64,000 nucleotides of DNA from Deltaproteobacteria bacterium HGW-Deltaproteobacteria-19 (GTDB lineage Bacteria > Desulfobacterota > Syntrophia > Syntrophales > PHBD01). Made by a program: the position numbers and the translations under genes. The stretch covers positions 18,726-82,725 of the forward strand of contig PHBD01000007.1 in assembly GCA_002841865.1 (NCBI GenBank), given 5' to 3'. The notes beneath the pieces were generated by a model. It was not told where the DNA came from and made no database searches. It saw only the letters and a program-made list of their open reading frames with translations. Shown piece after piece: positions 43,705 through 52,919 of the stretch (within the stretch, counting starts at the first letter, position 1; each line of letters begins with the position of its first letter).

Positions 43705-44589
43705 TCAGGGATCATCGCCCGCTGTTCCATCAAAACGAAACTCCTCGAAACGGCCGTTCTCCAGGTCGATGTGCGCCATGACATGCCGGAATATCCTCCC
43801 GCGGCGCAGGAGGATTTTGAGCACCTCCATGGCCTGGAGGGTGCCGACGGCGGCGGCGGTCACCGCCGGAACGCCCAGAAGGTCCTCCGGCCGCTCCGCG
43901 TCGGCTTCCGTCGCCGTCGGTGAATCATAAAGCCGCTCCAGGCCGGGATCTCCCGGATAAACCGTCATGACCCGGCCCTCAAAACCCGCCAGCGCGCCGT
44001 GCACCAGGGGAACCCCCAGCCGTCGGGCCGCCTCCTGCAGAACCAGCCGGTCCGGAGCATTGTCCAGAGCATCAACGATAACATCGGCACCGGCCAGCAG
44101 CGAATCCGCGTTTGAGGCGATGATTCTCGACTGGTGCGGGACGACCCGGACCCCGGGATTGACAGAGGCCACGGTCTCCGCGGCGGCCACCGCCTTCGAT
44201 TTCTGCAGTGTCTCCCGGCTGCACAGGGCCTGACGGTTCAGGTTCGTCTCGTCGAACCGGTCGCAATCGACGACCACCAGCCGGCCGACGCCGATCCGCG
44301 CCAGGAGCAGGATCACCTGCCCGCCCAGCCCGCCCGCTCCGGCGACGGCAACCTGCGACTCGGCAATCTTCAATTGCTCCGCCGGAGTGATGATGTCCAG
44401 GTTGCGGATATAGCGGTTGGGATAAACGCCGATCCCCAGCGCCTCCCTGTATATCTCGTGCAGGTCCGTGCCGCACAGGCCGGCGATCTCCAGGGCGGCC
44501 CTGTCTTCCAGGATGGAAATTTCTCGCCCCGCCGGGTCGGTGATTCGTGCAGCCTTTTCCCGTAGCTGCCGATGGATGTCCGACGTCAT
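43705..44589 (-). CDS. HesA/MoeB/ThiF-family E1-like adenylyltransferase with ~90-aa N-terminal extension
   Basis: ATG 44589 lies 8 nt after AGGAG. VAVAGAGGLGGQV and DCDRFDETNLNRQ are present. There are no CxxC zinc pairs. Confidence 0.8.
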   Translation of the reverse strand: MTSDIHRQLREKAARITDPAGREISILEDRAALEIAGLCGTDLHEIYREALGIGVYPNRYIRNLDIITPAEQLKIAESQVAVAGAGGLGGQVILLLARIGVGRLVVVDCDRFDETNLNRQALCSRETLQKSKAVAAAETVASVNPGVRVVPHQSRIIASNADSLLAGADVIVDALDNAPDRLVLQEAARRLGVPLVHGALAGFEGRVMTVYPGDPGLERLYDSPTATEADAERPEDLLGVPAVTAAAVGTLQAMEVLKILLRRGRIFRHVMAHIDLENGRFEEFRFDGTAGDDP

Positions 44590-44721
44590 CGGAAGCACTC
44601 CTGTTCCATTTCACAGTCCCTCGTCACCCGCCACCCCGGGGGGAAAACCTGCTGGGAGAAAAACGACAAAAGGGTGTATAAAACAAGGGTGGATTTCGCA
44701 GGGAGGGAGGGATATCCGGAC

Positions 44722-44964
44722 ATGAAAATCGAGCTGAACCTGTACGCATCCCTGGCCCGCTACCTCCCCCGGGATGCAGGAGCGCCCGGCAACAGAATCC
44801 GGGAGGTGAGTGAGGGAACCACCATCCTCGAACTCCTCCATGATCTCCAGGTCCCCATGGACAAAGTCAAGCTCATCTTTGTGAACGGGCTTCACGCCCG
44901 CAGCGATGAAATCCTGCGTGAGGGCGACAGGGTGGGCGTTTTCCCGCCGGTGGCGGGAGGGTGA
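44722..44964 (+). CDS. MoaD/ThiS-family ubiquitin-like (beta-grasp) sulfur-carrier protein
   Basis: 80 aa with GGGAGGGAGGG upstream. It ends ...LREGDRVGVFPPVAGG, a C-terminal Gly-Gly. Confidence 0.8.
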   Translation: MKIELNLYASLARYLPRDAGAPGNRIREVSEGTTILELLHDLQVPMDKVKLIFVNGLHARSDEILREGDRVGVFPPVAGG

Positions 44965-44965
44965 T

Positions 44966-45592
44966 TCAAACCGTCCGGATCTCGAGATAAACCTGCAGGG
45001 CTGTAAAATCCCAGGACGGGAGCATCGCCGGATCGACCTGTCTGCCGTCCACCGCGGCTTCCACGCACCCCTCCTCCAGATCATGCGGACGGCTCCTGAA
45101 GAGATCTCGCAAATCCTCCGCGTCGACCCGGATTCCCCGTTCGAGAAACAGGGGCCCCAGCTCCGGGCTGGTCAGGTTGAAGAGCTTCACGACGACCTGT
45201 CCGTCCGTCTGCCGCGGCGCATCCCCATTTTCCAGATGGCTGACGGGACTGCGCAACCGGGAATAGTACCCCCCTTTTCTCATGATCGCACCCAGCAGGC
45301 CGGGCATGGCGGAAGAGAGCGCAAGGACCGCCCCGTCCCGGACCGCGGCGGCGTCCATGTCGTCCACGGGTTTGCCGTCCAGAAAGACCGTCTGGATCCT
45401 GTTTTCGATGTATTCCATGGAGATGCCGAACCGTTCGGCCAGGAGCTCCCGGAGGCTGCAGCCGACCTCCGTCTTCAACACGAAGCCCTTCTGCAGAAGC
45501 GGAAAGAAGAACGGAACGAACCCCGGCTTCACGGTCATGTGGAGGCGGTTCGATCCGTTCGCAGGGATTTGACGCGACGACTCATGGCTCAT
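44966..45592 (-). CDS. Hypothetical protein co-oriented downstream of AOR
   Basis: 208-aa ORF with protein-like composition and no motif recognised. The start is uncertain (45592 or 45538). Confidence 0.5.
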   Translation of the reverse strand: MSHESSRQIPANGSNRLHMTVKPGFVPFFFPLLQKGFVLKTEVGCSLRELLAERFGISMEYIENRIQTVFLDGKPVDDMDAAAVRDGAVLALSSAMPGLLGAIMRKGGYYSRLRSPVSHLENGDAPRQTDGQVVVKLFNLTSPELGPLFLERGIRVDAEDLRDLFRSRPHDLEEGCVEAAVDGRQVDPAMLPSWDFTALQVYLEIRTV

Positions 45593-45667
45593 GCCGGCAC
45601 CCGAAACGGAACATGAGAACGGGGAGACTACACACGGCCCTCCCCGTTCCCGGAAGAAAGATGTTCG

Positions 45668-47404
45668 CTACCAGTTAAAAACCCTGTCCAGATCTTCATC
45701 GGAGACCTGAAAAACCGAATTGTGAGGCGGGAGAAGCTCTTTCCTGAAGAATTCAGGCAAACGGTCCTGCTGTCTGGTAAATCCGGCCCGTTTGTTGAAG
45801 TCCCGCTCCATGGTCAGAATCTTCTTTCCCAGCGCGGTCACGTCGTCGCCGGTCAGCTCCAGCCCGTAAAACGAATTGAGCAGATCCAGCAGGGCCTGGA
45901 AGGTCTGCGGCTGATCCAGGACCGCAAAGGCGATGAAGAGGCACATCCCCGTCGCGTCGATGGCTGCCGTTGCAATCTGGAGGTTTCGTGACAGCTCGAT
46001 CTGTCCTTCCGCCTTCAGGGGATCGACATATCCCCCCACCTTGAGGACGTTTGCGGTGACCGCATAACCCGCCGTGTGGTCGGCCCCCATGGTCGATGTG
46101 GCGTAGGTGACTCCCATGCCCTGGATGGCCCGGGGATCGTAGGCCGGCAGGGCCTGGCCCTTGACGACGGGAACCCTCTCCACGCCGAACACTTTGCCCG
46201 TCACGGCGGCCCCGTTCCCCAGGATGCGCCCCAGGGGGGTCCCTTTGCCGACTTCCCGGATGAGGCGAATGGCCGCCTCCGCGTCGCCGAACCTTGCCAG
46301 GCCCGCCTCCATGGCCACCCCGATGGTCGCGCCCATCTCGATCGTATCCAGGCCGAAATCGTCATCCAGGCGGTCCAGCATGGCAATCGCATCCAGGTCA
46401 TCGATCCCGCAGTTCGCCCCGTGAGCCCAGACCGTCTCATATTCCGGCTGCTTCGACAAGTAGTGGCCGTCCTTGTCCATGTAAATACCCGAGCACTGGA
46501 TCGTGCAGCCCCGATGGCAGCCATGGGTTGCAACACCGCCGCGGGCAACCTCTGTCTCGGCTTCCGTTTCCCCGCTTATTTTTGACACCCCCAAAAATCG
46601 GCCCCACATGAAATTGTGGGTGGGATATCCGCCCGCCTCGTTGATGACATTCGCGAGCACATTGGTCCCGAAAGCGGGAAGGCCTTCACCGGTGACCGGG
46701 TGTCTTCTGAGACCCTCGACAAAGGCCCTGTTGGCGGCTTTGAACTTTTCGGGATCTTTCGGGGCACGGGCCGTCATCCCGGTATCGTCGAGGACGATGA
46801 CCTTCACCCCCTTAGCGCCCATGACCGCACCGACCCCTCCGCGCCCAGCATGACGGGTGGGCCGCAATTCCATGTCCGTAAAGGCCACGGACGCGGCGGA
46901 CATTTTCATCTCTCCTGCCTGGCCGATGGAAATGCAGGCGATTTTGTCCCCGTATTCCCTTTTCATCTTTTCGACCAGGTCATAGTTGCCGAGCCCTTTC
47001 AGGCTGTTGTCCGGGATGATGTTCACACCGTCCTTGTTGATGAATATCCTGTAGAGATCGCTGTCCCGGGGCTTTCCCTCCAGGATGATCGCGGCATAGC
47101 CGAGCCGGGCCAGGACCTGGGAGGCCTGGCCGCCCGAGTTGGCCTCCTTGATCCCCCCGGTGAGAGGGCTCTTGCAGCCCACGGACATGCGCCCGGACAT
47201 GGCCGCAAGGGAACCGCTCAACATCCCCGGGGCGATGACCAGTTTGTTGTCCTCACTCAAGGGGTGGGCCAGGGGTGGCACTTCCCTGGCAACGACGGCG
47301 GACGTCAACGCCCTGCCCGCGAGCCCCGCGTATTCCCCCATCTGATCCACGCTTGCGTTGGGACCTCCTTCGACACTCATATTGATCCGGAGCAGTTTAT
47401 CCAT
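45668..47404 (-). CDS. aor: Aldehyde:ferredoxin oxidoreductase (tungsten/molybdopterin AOR family)
   Basis: ATG 47404 follows AAAGGGGGG. LRINMS...G, CKSPLTGG, ATHGCHRGCTIQC (Fe-S Cys cluster) and GADHTAGY match the AOR N- and C-terminal domains. Confidence 0.9.
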   Translation of the reverse strand: MDKLLRINMSVEGGPNASVDQMGEYAGLAGRALTSAVVAREVPPLAHPLSEDNKLVIAPGMLSGSLAAMSGRMSVGCKSPLTGGIKEANSGGQASQVLARLGYAAIILEGKPRDSDLYRIFINKDGVNIIPDNSLKGLGNYDLVEKMKREYGDKIACISIGQAGEMKMSAASVAFTDMELRPTRHAGRGGVGAVMGAKGVKVIVLDDTGMTARAPKDPEKFKAANRAFVEGLRRHPVTGEGLPAFGTNVLANVINEAGGYPTHNFMWGRFLGVSKISGETEAETEVARGGVATHGCHRGCTIQCSGIYMDKDGHYLSKQPEYETVWAHGANCGIDDLDAIAMLDRLDDDFGLDTIEMGATIGVAMEAGLARFGDAEAAIRLIREVGKGTPLGRILGNGAAVTGKVFGVERVPVVKGQALPAYDPRAIQGMGVTYATSTMGADHTAGYAVTANVLKVGGYVDPLKAEGQIELSRNLQIATAAIDATGMCLFIAFAVLDQPQTFQALLDLLNSFYGLELTGDDVTALGKKILTMERDFNKRAGFTRQQDRLPEFFRKELLPPHNSVFQVSDEDLDRVFNW

Positions 47405-47874
47405 ATACAGCCCCCCTTTCTGAATGGGTTTTGCTCCTGAAAACATGGGTTGCCGACGTTCCGGTTATCTGGACGGCTCTTACAACGAACTCAGACTGCG
47501 AGCAGGTCAACGGCGATTTTCATCTATTTCGCCAACCGGGAGATAACCCCTCTTTCTCCGGACGGAATGAATCCTATCCTGTTTCAACATCCGTCCACTT
47601 TTGAATATCCAGCCTCCTTTCTTATGACTTGCCGCGGGGTCTGTCTGACCGGCCCTTCCCATCCGAACGGCGGAAGCACGCCCTCACATCGCCGGGTTTC
47701 ATGGGCCCTCAGGCGGAAACAGGAGTTTCCCCACAAGAAATCAGGTTGACGAATCCTTTGCTTACAGAGGAGAATAGCCGTCGTGTTTCTTTTAACATAC
47801 ACGGATCATTTGAAGTTTCAATGTGTCACTTCTGATACAATGCCTTTGACAACCAATTCGGGAGGAGGTCTGCC

Positions 47875-48825
47875 ATGATCCGGACGCGCATCACGGAACT
47901 TTTCGGCATCGAGTTTCCCATCATCCAGGCGGGCATGATCTGGGTCAGCGGCTGGCGGCTGGCGGCGGCCTCCGCCGAAGCGGGCGCCATGGGCCTCATC
48001 GGCGCCGGCTCCATGACCCCGGACCTGCTCCGGGAGCACCTCCGCAAAATGCGCAAGGCCTGTCCGGACAAACCCTGGGGCGTGAACCTGCCTCTCTTCT
48101 TCCAGTACGCCGAGGAGATGGCCCGGATCCTCATCGAGGAGAAGGTCCGGATCGTCTTCACCTCCGGCGGCAGCCCGAAGAAATTCACGCCCCGCTTCAA
48201 GGACGCCGGGATGAAAGTCGTCCATGTCACCGCCACGCCGGAGCTGGCGGTCAAGTGCGAGGAGGCGGGGGTCGACGCGGTGGTGGTGGAGGGGTTCGAG
48301 GCGGGGGGCCACAACGGCCGGGACGAGCTGACCACGATGGTCCTGGTTCCGCAGGCCGCAGTGGCCGTCCGGATTCCCGTGATCGCCGCCGGGGGCATCT
48401 ATGACGGCCGGGGCATGGCGGCGGCGCTGGCCCTGGGGGCCGAGGGCGTGCAGGTCGGGACCCGCCTGGCCGCCACGGTCGAGTCGAGCGCCCACGAAAA
48501 CTTCAAACGGGCCATGGTGGAGGCCTCCCCCACGGGCACCTTCCTCGTCCTCAAGAAACTCGTCCCCGCCCGGGTCATCGTGAACGAGTGGACCCGCCGG
48601 GTCCTCGACGCGGAGGCGCGGGGCGCAGCCGAGCAGGAGCTGCTCGAACTCATCGGTGAGAAACGGACGAAGCTGGGGATGTTCGACGGGGATCTATCCG
48701 AGGGAGAACTGCAGATCGGCCAGGCCGTCGGCGCCGTCCGGGAGATCCTCCCCGCCGGGGACGTCATCCGCTGGATCGCCCGCGGCTGCGAGGAGACCCT
48801 CGCACGCCTTTCAACCCTGACCTGA
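47875..48825 (+). CDS. NAD(P)H-dependent flavin oxidoreductase (nitronate monooxygenase / FabK-like)
   Basis: 316 aa with FGIEFPIIQAGM, VEGFEAGGHNG, PVIAAGGIYDGRG and GAEGVQVGT. GGAGGAGG RBS. Confidence 0.85.
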   Translation: MIRTRITELFGIEFPIIQAGMIWVSGWRLAAASAEAGAMGLIGAGSMTPDLLREHLRKMRKACPDKPWGVNLPLFFQYAEEMARILIEEKVRIVFTSGGSPKKFTPRFKDAGMKVVHVTATPELAVKCEEAGVDAVVVEGFEAGGHNGRDELTTMVLVPQAAVAVRIPVIAAGGIYDGRGMAAALALGAEGVQVGTRLAATVESSAHENFKRAMVEASPTGTFLVLKKLVPARVIVNEWTRRVLDAEARGAAEQELLELIGEKRTKLGMFDGDLSEGELQIGQAVGAVREILPAGDVIRWIARGCEETLARLSTLT

Positions 48826-48875
48826 AAAATTGGGGATGGGAAATAGATCTGAATCTGTCCCAAAACAACAAAAAA

Positions 48876-48907
48876 GTCGCAAAGATAATCTTTTCGACTT
48901 TTTTTTT
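48876..48907. terminator. Bidirectional rho-independent terminator between convergent genes
   Basis: Stem GTCGCAAAG / CTTTTCGAC (one mismatch), loop ATAAT, then T9. An A-run lies on the other side. Confidence 0.65.
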
Positions 48908-48934
48908 AGTGCAGAAATATCTGACCTTTTTTTC

Positions 48935-49741
48935 TCAGCGGGCGGGCGCCGCCTCGTTTGCCAGCCATTCTACTGCATCGAGGTATCGGTTCATACCCTG
49001 ATAGAAGATGTCGTTGTGGTTTGCCCCCTCGATGGTCAGCATGCGCTTGACCGCCGACGGGGAGGCGTCGTAGAGCGCCTTGCCCTCGGCGTAGGGGATG
49101 ATGTGGTCGAATTCGGCGTGAATCACCAGGGTCGGCTTTTCGAACATTCCGATCTTCTTAAGATTTTCCGGACCGTCTTCCTCCGAGAGCCCGAAGAATT
49201 CCAGGCGGAATCCCATGAGGGCCAGGAGTGGTCCGATCCAGGCAAATCCGCTTTCGATGATCAGGCCGTCGATCTCTGTCGAGTTGCTGGACGCCAGCTC
49301 CAGGGCCGAGGCACTGCCGAGGGAGCGGCCCATGACGAGGAGAGGCCCCGTGTGGCCGTTCTTCTCCAGCCATTCACGGGCAAACGCCAGGACCGTGTGG
49401 CTGTCCGCCATCATCGACGCCAACGTCGGGGTTCCCGTGGAGCGGCCATACCCCCGGTAGTCCACGGCGAGCAGATTCATGCCCCTCCGGGTGAACAGGG
49501 GGGCCATATCGTCATAGTCCGCCACGATCTCGCCGTTTCCGTGGAAGAAAAGGAGATTCGGCCCCTCTTTCCGGCTCGGATGAAACCTGCCTCCCACAAC
49601 GATATCCCCGTCCACGGGGATGAGAACGGGCTCGAAGGCACCCCGGGCGGGATAGCCCCACTCGGGGCGCGGATAGAACAGGACTCTCAGGATTTCCGAA
49701 CGGTCCAGGGCCTCGTATGATTTTCCGGCGGGTGGCTTCAT
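48935..49741 (-). CDS. Alpha/beta-fold hydrolase
   Basis: 268 aa with FFHGNGE, VDYRGYGRSTG and nucleophile elbow GRSLGS. Its start overlaps the pgsA stop. Confidence 0.8.
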   Translation of the reverse strand: MKPPAGKSYEALDRSEILRVLFYPRPEWGYPARGAFEPVLIPVDGDIVVGGRFHPSRKEGPNLLFFHGNGEIVADYDDMAPLFTRRGMNLLAVDYRGYGRSTGTPTLASMMADSHTVLAFAREWLEKNGHTGPLLVMGRSLGSASALELASSNSTEIDGLIIESGFAWIGPLLALMGFRLEFFGLSEEDGPENLKKIGMFEKPTLVIHAEFDHIIPYAEGKALYDASPSAVKRMLTIEGANHNDIFYQGMNRYLDAVEWLANEAAPAR

Positions 49742-50358
49742 TCGGCACCTTCTTCTTTCCTGATTGCAAAACGATAGAATCTCAAAAGGTAATCCAGGCC
49801 GGACCAGACGGTCAGGATCAGGGCCAGGTAGACCAGGACCGTCCCGACCAGATGTGCGTCCGCCCCGAAAAACGGATAGTGAATGATGAGCGCCGTCACG
49901 GCGAAGGCCTGGCAGACGGTCTTCTGCTTGCCCAGGGGGCTTGCGGAGATGACGATTCCGTCGGCTGACGAAATGGAGCGGATCCCGTCGACGACGAAGT
50001 CCCGGATCACGATGATCGCCGCTACCCAGGCGGGAATGCGCCCGATGGGGATCATCAGGATCATGGCCGTGTTCACCACCAGTTTGTCGGCGATGGGGTC
50101 CAGGAACTTCCCCATGGTGGTGACGATCCCGTACCGGCGGGCGACCCAGCCGTCGAGGATGTCCGTGAAGGAGGCCAGGACGAAGAGTCCGGCAATGACG
50201 AGGCTCCAGGTCTCGTCAGGCGACAGGAGGAGGAAAAAGAGGACCGGAACCACGGCGATGCGGAGCATCGTCAGTGCGTTCGGAAGATTGAAGATCTTCC
50301 GCTCCCCCGGGGAGAGGGGCAGTCGGTCGAACCACTGCTTGAAGACGTCGATCAGCAT
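49738..50358 (-). CDS. pgsA: CDP-diacylglycerol--glycerol-3-phosphate 3-phosphatidyltransferase
   Basis: Internal ATG at 50358. NLPNALTMLRI and DILDGWVARRYG...G.FLDPIADK form the CDP-alcohol phosphatidyltransferase motif. Confidence 0.85.
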   Translation of the reverse strand: MLIDVFKQWFDRLPLSPGERKIFNLPNALTMLRIAVVPVLFFLLLSPDETWSLVIAGLFVLASFTDILDGWVARRYGIVTTMGKFLDPIADKLVVNTAMILMIPIGRIPAWVAAIIVIRDFVVDGIRSISSADGIVISASPLGKQKTVCQAFAVTALIIHYPFFGADAHLVGTVLVYLALILTVWSGLDYLLRFYRFAIRKEEGAE

Positions 50359-50632
50359 GAGCAGTATGGACGCATCGGCGCCTCGGTCTGGCAGGCAGTT
50401 GAAGCTGCGTTTCCTGATCCCTCTTCCCGCCACGCGGGCAGGAACGGCAAAGGGCTCAGGATTTCAGGAACACCGCGGCGGGCCGTTCCTGGATGTCCCG
50501 GGAGAAAGACCATTCCGGCATACGGCGGCAACGGATCCCACCGGCAGCCCTCGACGGAACGGAAGCGGTCGCGGGTCGTCCTCGCGCCGGCCGGGGAAGA
50601 GCCTTCTTCACCCCCGGACGCCTCCGGAGCCG

Positions 50633-51280
50633 TCACTTTTTGGGAACCTTCTTCCAGTCCTCCAGGAAGGCCTCGATCCCGCGGTCCGTCAGGGGATGGC
50701 GGGCCAGCTGGGCAATAACCTTGAAGGGGATCGTCGCGATGTCCGCCCCCATAAGGGCCGCCTCCAGGACGTGGAGGGGGTGCCGGACGCTGGCCACGAT
50801 GACCTCCGTATCGAACCCGTAATTGTTGTAAATTGTCAGGATCTGCTCCACCAGTTCCATGCCCCTGGCGGAGACGTCGTCCAGCCGGCCCACGAATGGG
50901 CTCACGTACGCTGCACCGGCCTTGGCCGCCATCAGGGCCTGAAGGGGAGAGAAAATCAGTGTCTGGTTGATGGCAATTCCCTCGCCGGCGAAGATCTTCG
51001 TCGCCTTCAGGCCCTCCGTCGTCATCGGCACCTTGACCACGACGTTCTTTCCCAGCTTGGCCAGTTTCCGGCCTTCCTTGACCATGCCAGGCGCGTCCAG
51101 GCTGACGACCTCGAGGCTGACGGGCCCGTCGACGATCTCCAGGATCTCCTTGACCACCTCCTGAAATCCGCGCTTCTCCTTCGCCACCAGGCTCGGATTC
51201 GTGGTGACCCCATCCACCATCCCGAGGCTGAGCCCTTCCCTGATCTCCTGAATGTTCGCCGTGTCGATGAAAAATTTCAT
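50633..51280 (-). CDS. tal: Transaldolase (type 3B) / fructose-6-phosphate aldolase
   Basis: [27 protein letters not shown] and [10 protein letters not shown]-like [11 protein letters not shown]. 215 aa. Confidence 0.9.
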   Translation of the reverse strand: MKFFIDTANIQEIREGLSLGMVDGVTTNPSLVAKEKRGFQEVVKEILEIVDGPVSLEVVSLDAPGMVKEGRKLAKLGKNVVVKVPMTTEGLKATKIFAGEGIAINQTLIFSPLQALMAAKAGAAYVSPFVGRLDDVSARGMELVEQILTIYNNYGFDTEVIVASVRHPLHVLEAALMGADIATIPFKVIAQLARHPLTDRGIEAFLEDWKKVPKK

Positions 51281-51558
51281 TCCTTTTCCTCTCCTCCGAT
51301 TTCCTTTCGGTACTTTTCGAGACAATCCTCGCTGCAGAAATACAGGTCCTTGTCGCCGAACCGGGCCTTACGCGCCTCGCTCGCAGGCAGATAGGTGTGG
51401 CAGACGGGATCCTCCACCAGATCCTCCCGGGTCGATCCGTTGTTTTCCCGGGGCAGGGGCTTTACGACCTTCCCGGGTGGCAGGAAAATCCAGCGGAACA
51501 ACCGGTAGAGAAGATACAGGATCAGAAGAATGATCGCCAGCCGTATCAGTCCGAACAT
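51277..51558 (-). CDS. Small membrane protein with YHS/TRASH-like metal-binding domain
   Basis: An N-terminal TM helix is followed by DPVCHTYLP...[12 protein letters not shown]. Confidence 0.6.
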   Translation of the reverse strand: MFGLIRLAIILLILYLLYRLFRWIFLPPGKVVKPLPRENNGSTREDLVEDPVCHTYLPASEARKARFGDKDLYFCSEDCLEKYRKEIGGEEKE

Positions 51559-51563
51559 GCCCT

Positions 51564-52079
51564 TTAATCCTCCAATGGAAGGACCCTGAGCGGATCTTCC
51601 AGTCTTGCCAAAAGCCCCGCCATGGAGACGCCGAAGGCGGGATGGATTGCCCAGGGGGCGATCTCATGGAGCGGGACAAGGACAAATCGCCGCCGATGCA
51701 TTTCCGGGTGGGGAATGACGAGGTCCTCCTCGTCGACCACGTCCTGGCCGTAGAGGAGAATATCCAGGTCGATCCTCCGGGGCCCCCATCGGGGACCGGG
51801 CGTCCGTCCCATGGCCGCCTCGATCTCCTGCAACCTTCCCAGCAGCTCCCGCGGGCTCAGGGAACAGCGGATTTCCGCCACGGTGTTTACAAACCAGGGC
51901 TGATCCGACAGGCCCGCCGGCTCCGATTTGTAATAAGACGCCCGGCGCAGAAACCCGATTCCGTCCATGTCCGTGAGCCATTGGACGGCATCCCGGCAGC
52001 GCTCCAGGGGCCGGTCCAGGTTGGATCCGATCCCGATGAAGCAGAGGACGCCGGAAACGGCGGCTTCGTCCCCCCGCAT
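51564..52079 (-). CDS. folK: 2-amino-4-hydroxy-6-hydroxymethyldihydropteridine diphosphokinase
   Basis: Internal ATG at 52079. Motifs: IGIGSNL, RWGPRRIDLDILLY, IPHPEMHRRRFVLVPL. Confidence 0.88.
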   Translation of the reverse strand: MRGDEAAVSGVLCFIGIGSNLDRPLERCRDAVQWLTDMDGIGFLRRASYYKSEPAGLSDQPWFVNTVAEIRCSLSPRELLGRLQEIEAAMGRTPGPRWGPRRIDLDILLYGQDVVDEEDLVIPHPEMHRRRFVLVPLHEIAPWAIHPAFGVSMAGLLARLEDPLRVLPLED

Positions 52080-52102
52080 CGGATGCCCTCCGGTCGTCTC
52101 CC

Positions 52103-52909
52103 TCAGGAGCGCAGCCCCAGGACGTCCTGCATGTCGTAGAAGCCCTTGGGCTGGGCGACGATCCATTTGGCCGCCCGGACGGCTCCCCGGGCGAAGTTGT
52201 CCCGGCTGTGGGCACGGTGGATCAGCTCCAGCCGCTCGCCGCCGGTTACGAACATCACCGTATGCTCCCCGACGATGTCTCCGCCCCGCAGGGTCTGGAT
52301 GCCGATCTCCTTTTTCGTCCGCTCGCCGATCATTCCCTTCCGCTCATAGACGCCCACCTGATCCAGGTCGCGGCCCAGCCGGGCGGCGATGATCTGGGCC
52401 ATCTTCATGGCAGTCCCGCTGGGGGCGTCCTTCTTCAGGTTGTGGTGGGACTCGACGATCTCCACGTCGTAGTCGTCCCCCAGGATCCCCGCCACCAGAT
52501 CCAGGACCTTGAAGAGGACGTTCACGCCGACGCTCATGTTCGGTGCCAGGACACACCGGGCGTCCTTGGCGATCTCCCGGGCCTTCTCCATCCCTGCGGC
52601 GGGAAATCCCGTCGTTCCGATCACGATGGCCTTCCCCAGGTCCCGGGCGGTCTCCAGGTGCCGGAGCGACGCCTCGTGGTGGGTGAAGTCGATGACCACG
52701 TCCGCGCCGGCCAGGGCGGCGGCCAGGTCGTCTCCGATCCGGACGCCCCGGATGGCCAGGCCCAGGCATTCGCCGATGTCCCGGCCCTGCCAGGGGTGGT
52801 CCTTCCGCTCCACGGCACCGGCCAGTTCGATCCCTTCCACGGCCTGGATCATGTTGATGATCCGACCGCCCATCTTTCCGCCCGCACCGGTGACAACGGC
52901 CTTCACCAT
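52103..52909 (-). CDS. dapB: 4-hydroxy-tetrahydrodipicolinate reductase
   Basis: ATG 52909 follows AGGAGGA. Motifs: VTGAGGKMG, DFTHH, ESHHNLKKDAPSGTA. Confidence 0.92.
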   Translation of the reverse strand: MVKAVVTGAGGKMGGRIINMIQAVEGIELAGAVERKDHPWQGRDIGECLGLAIRGVRIGDDLAAALAGADVVIDFTHHEASLRHLETARDLGKAIVIGTTGFPAAGMEKAREIAKDARCVLAPNMSVGVNVLFKVLDLVAGILGDDYDVEIVESHHNLKKDAPSGTAMKMAQIIAARLGRDLDQVGVYERKGMIGERTKKEIGIQTLRGGDIVGEHTVMFVTGGERLELIHRAHSRDNFARGAVRAAKWIVAQPKGFYDMQDVLGLRS

Positions 52910-52919
52910 GGCATCCTCC

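Noticed and set aside
50359-50632. 94-aa ORF 50352..50636 (-) between tal and pgsA
   Set aside because: The translation is G/P/A/R-rich, with no SD and no similarity. It overlaps both neighbours' ends and was treated as non-coding spacer.
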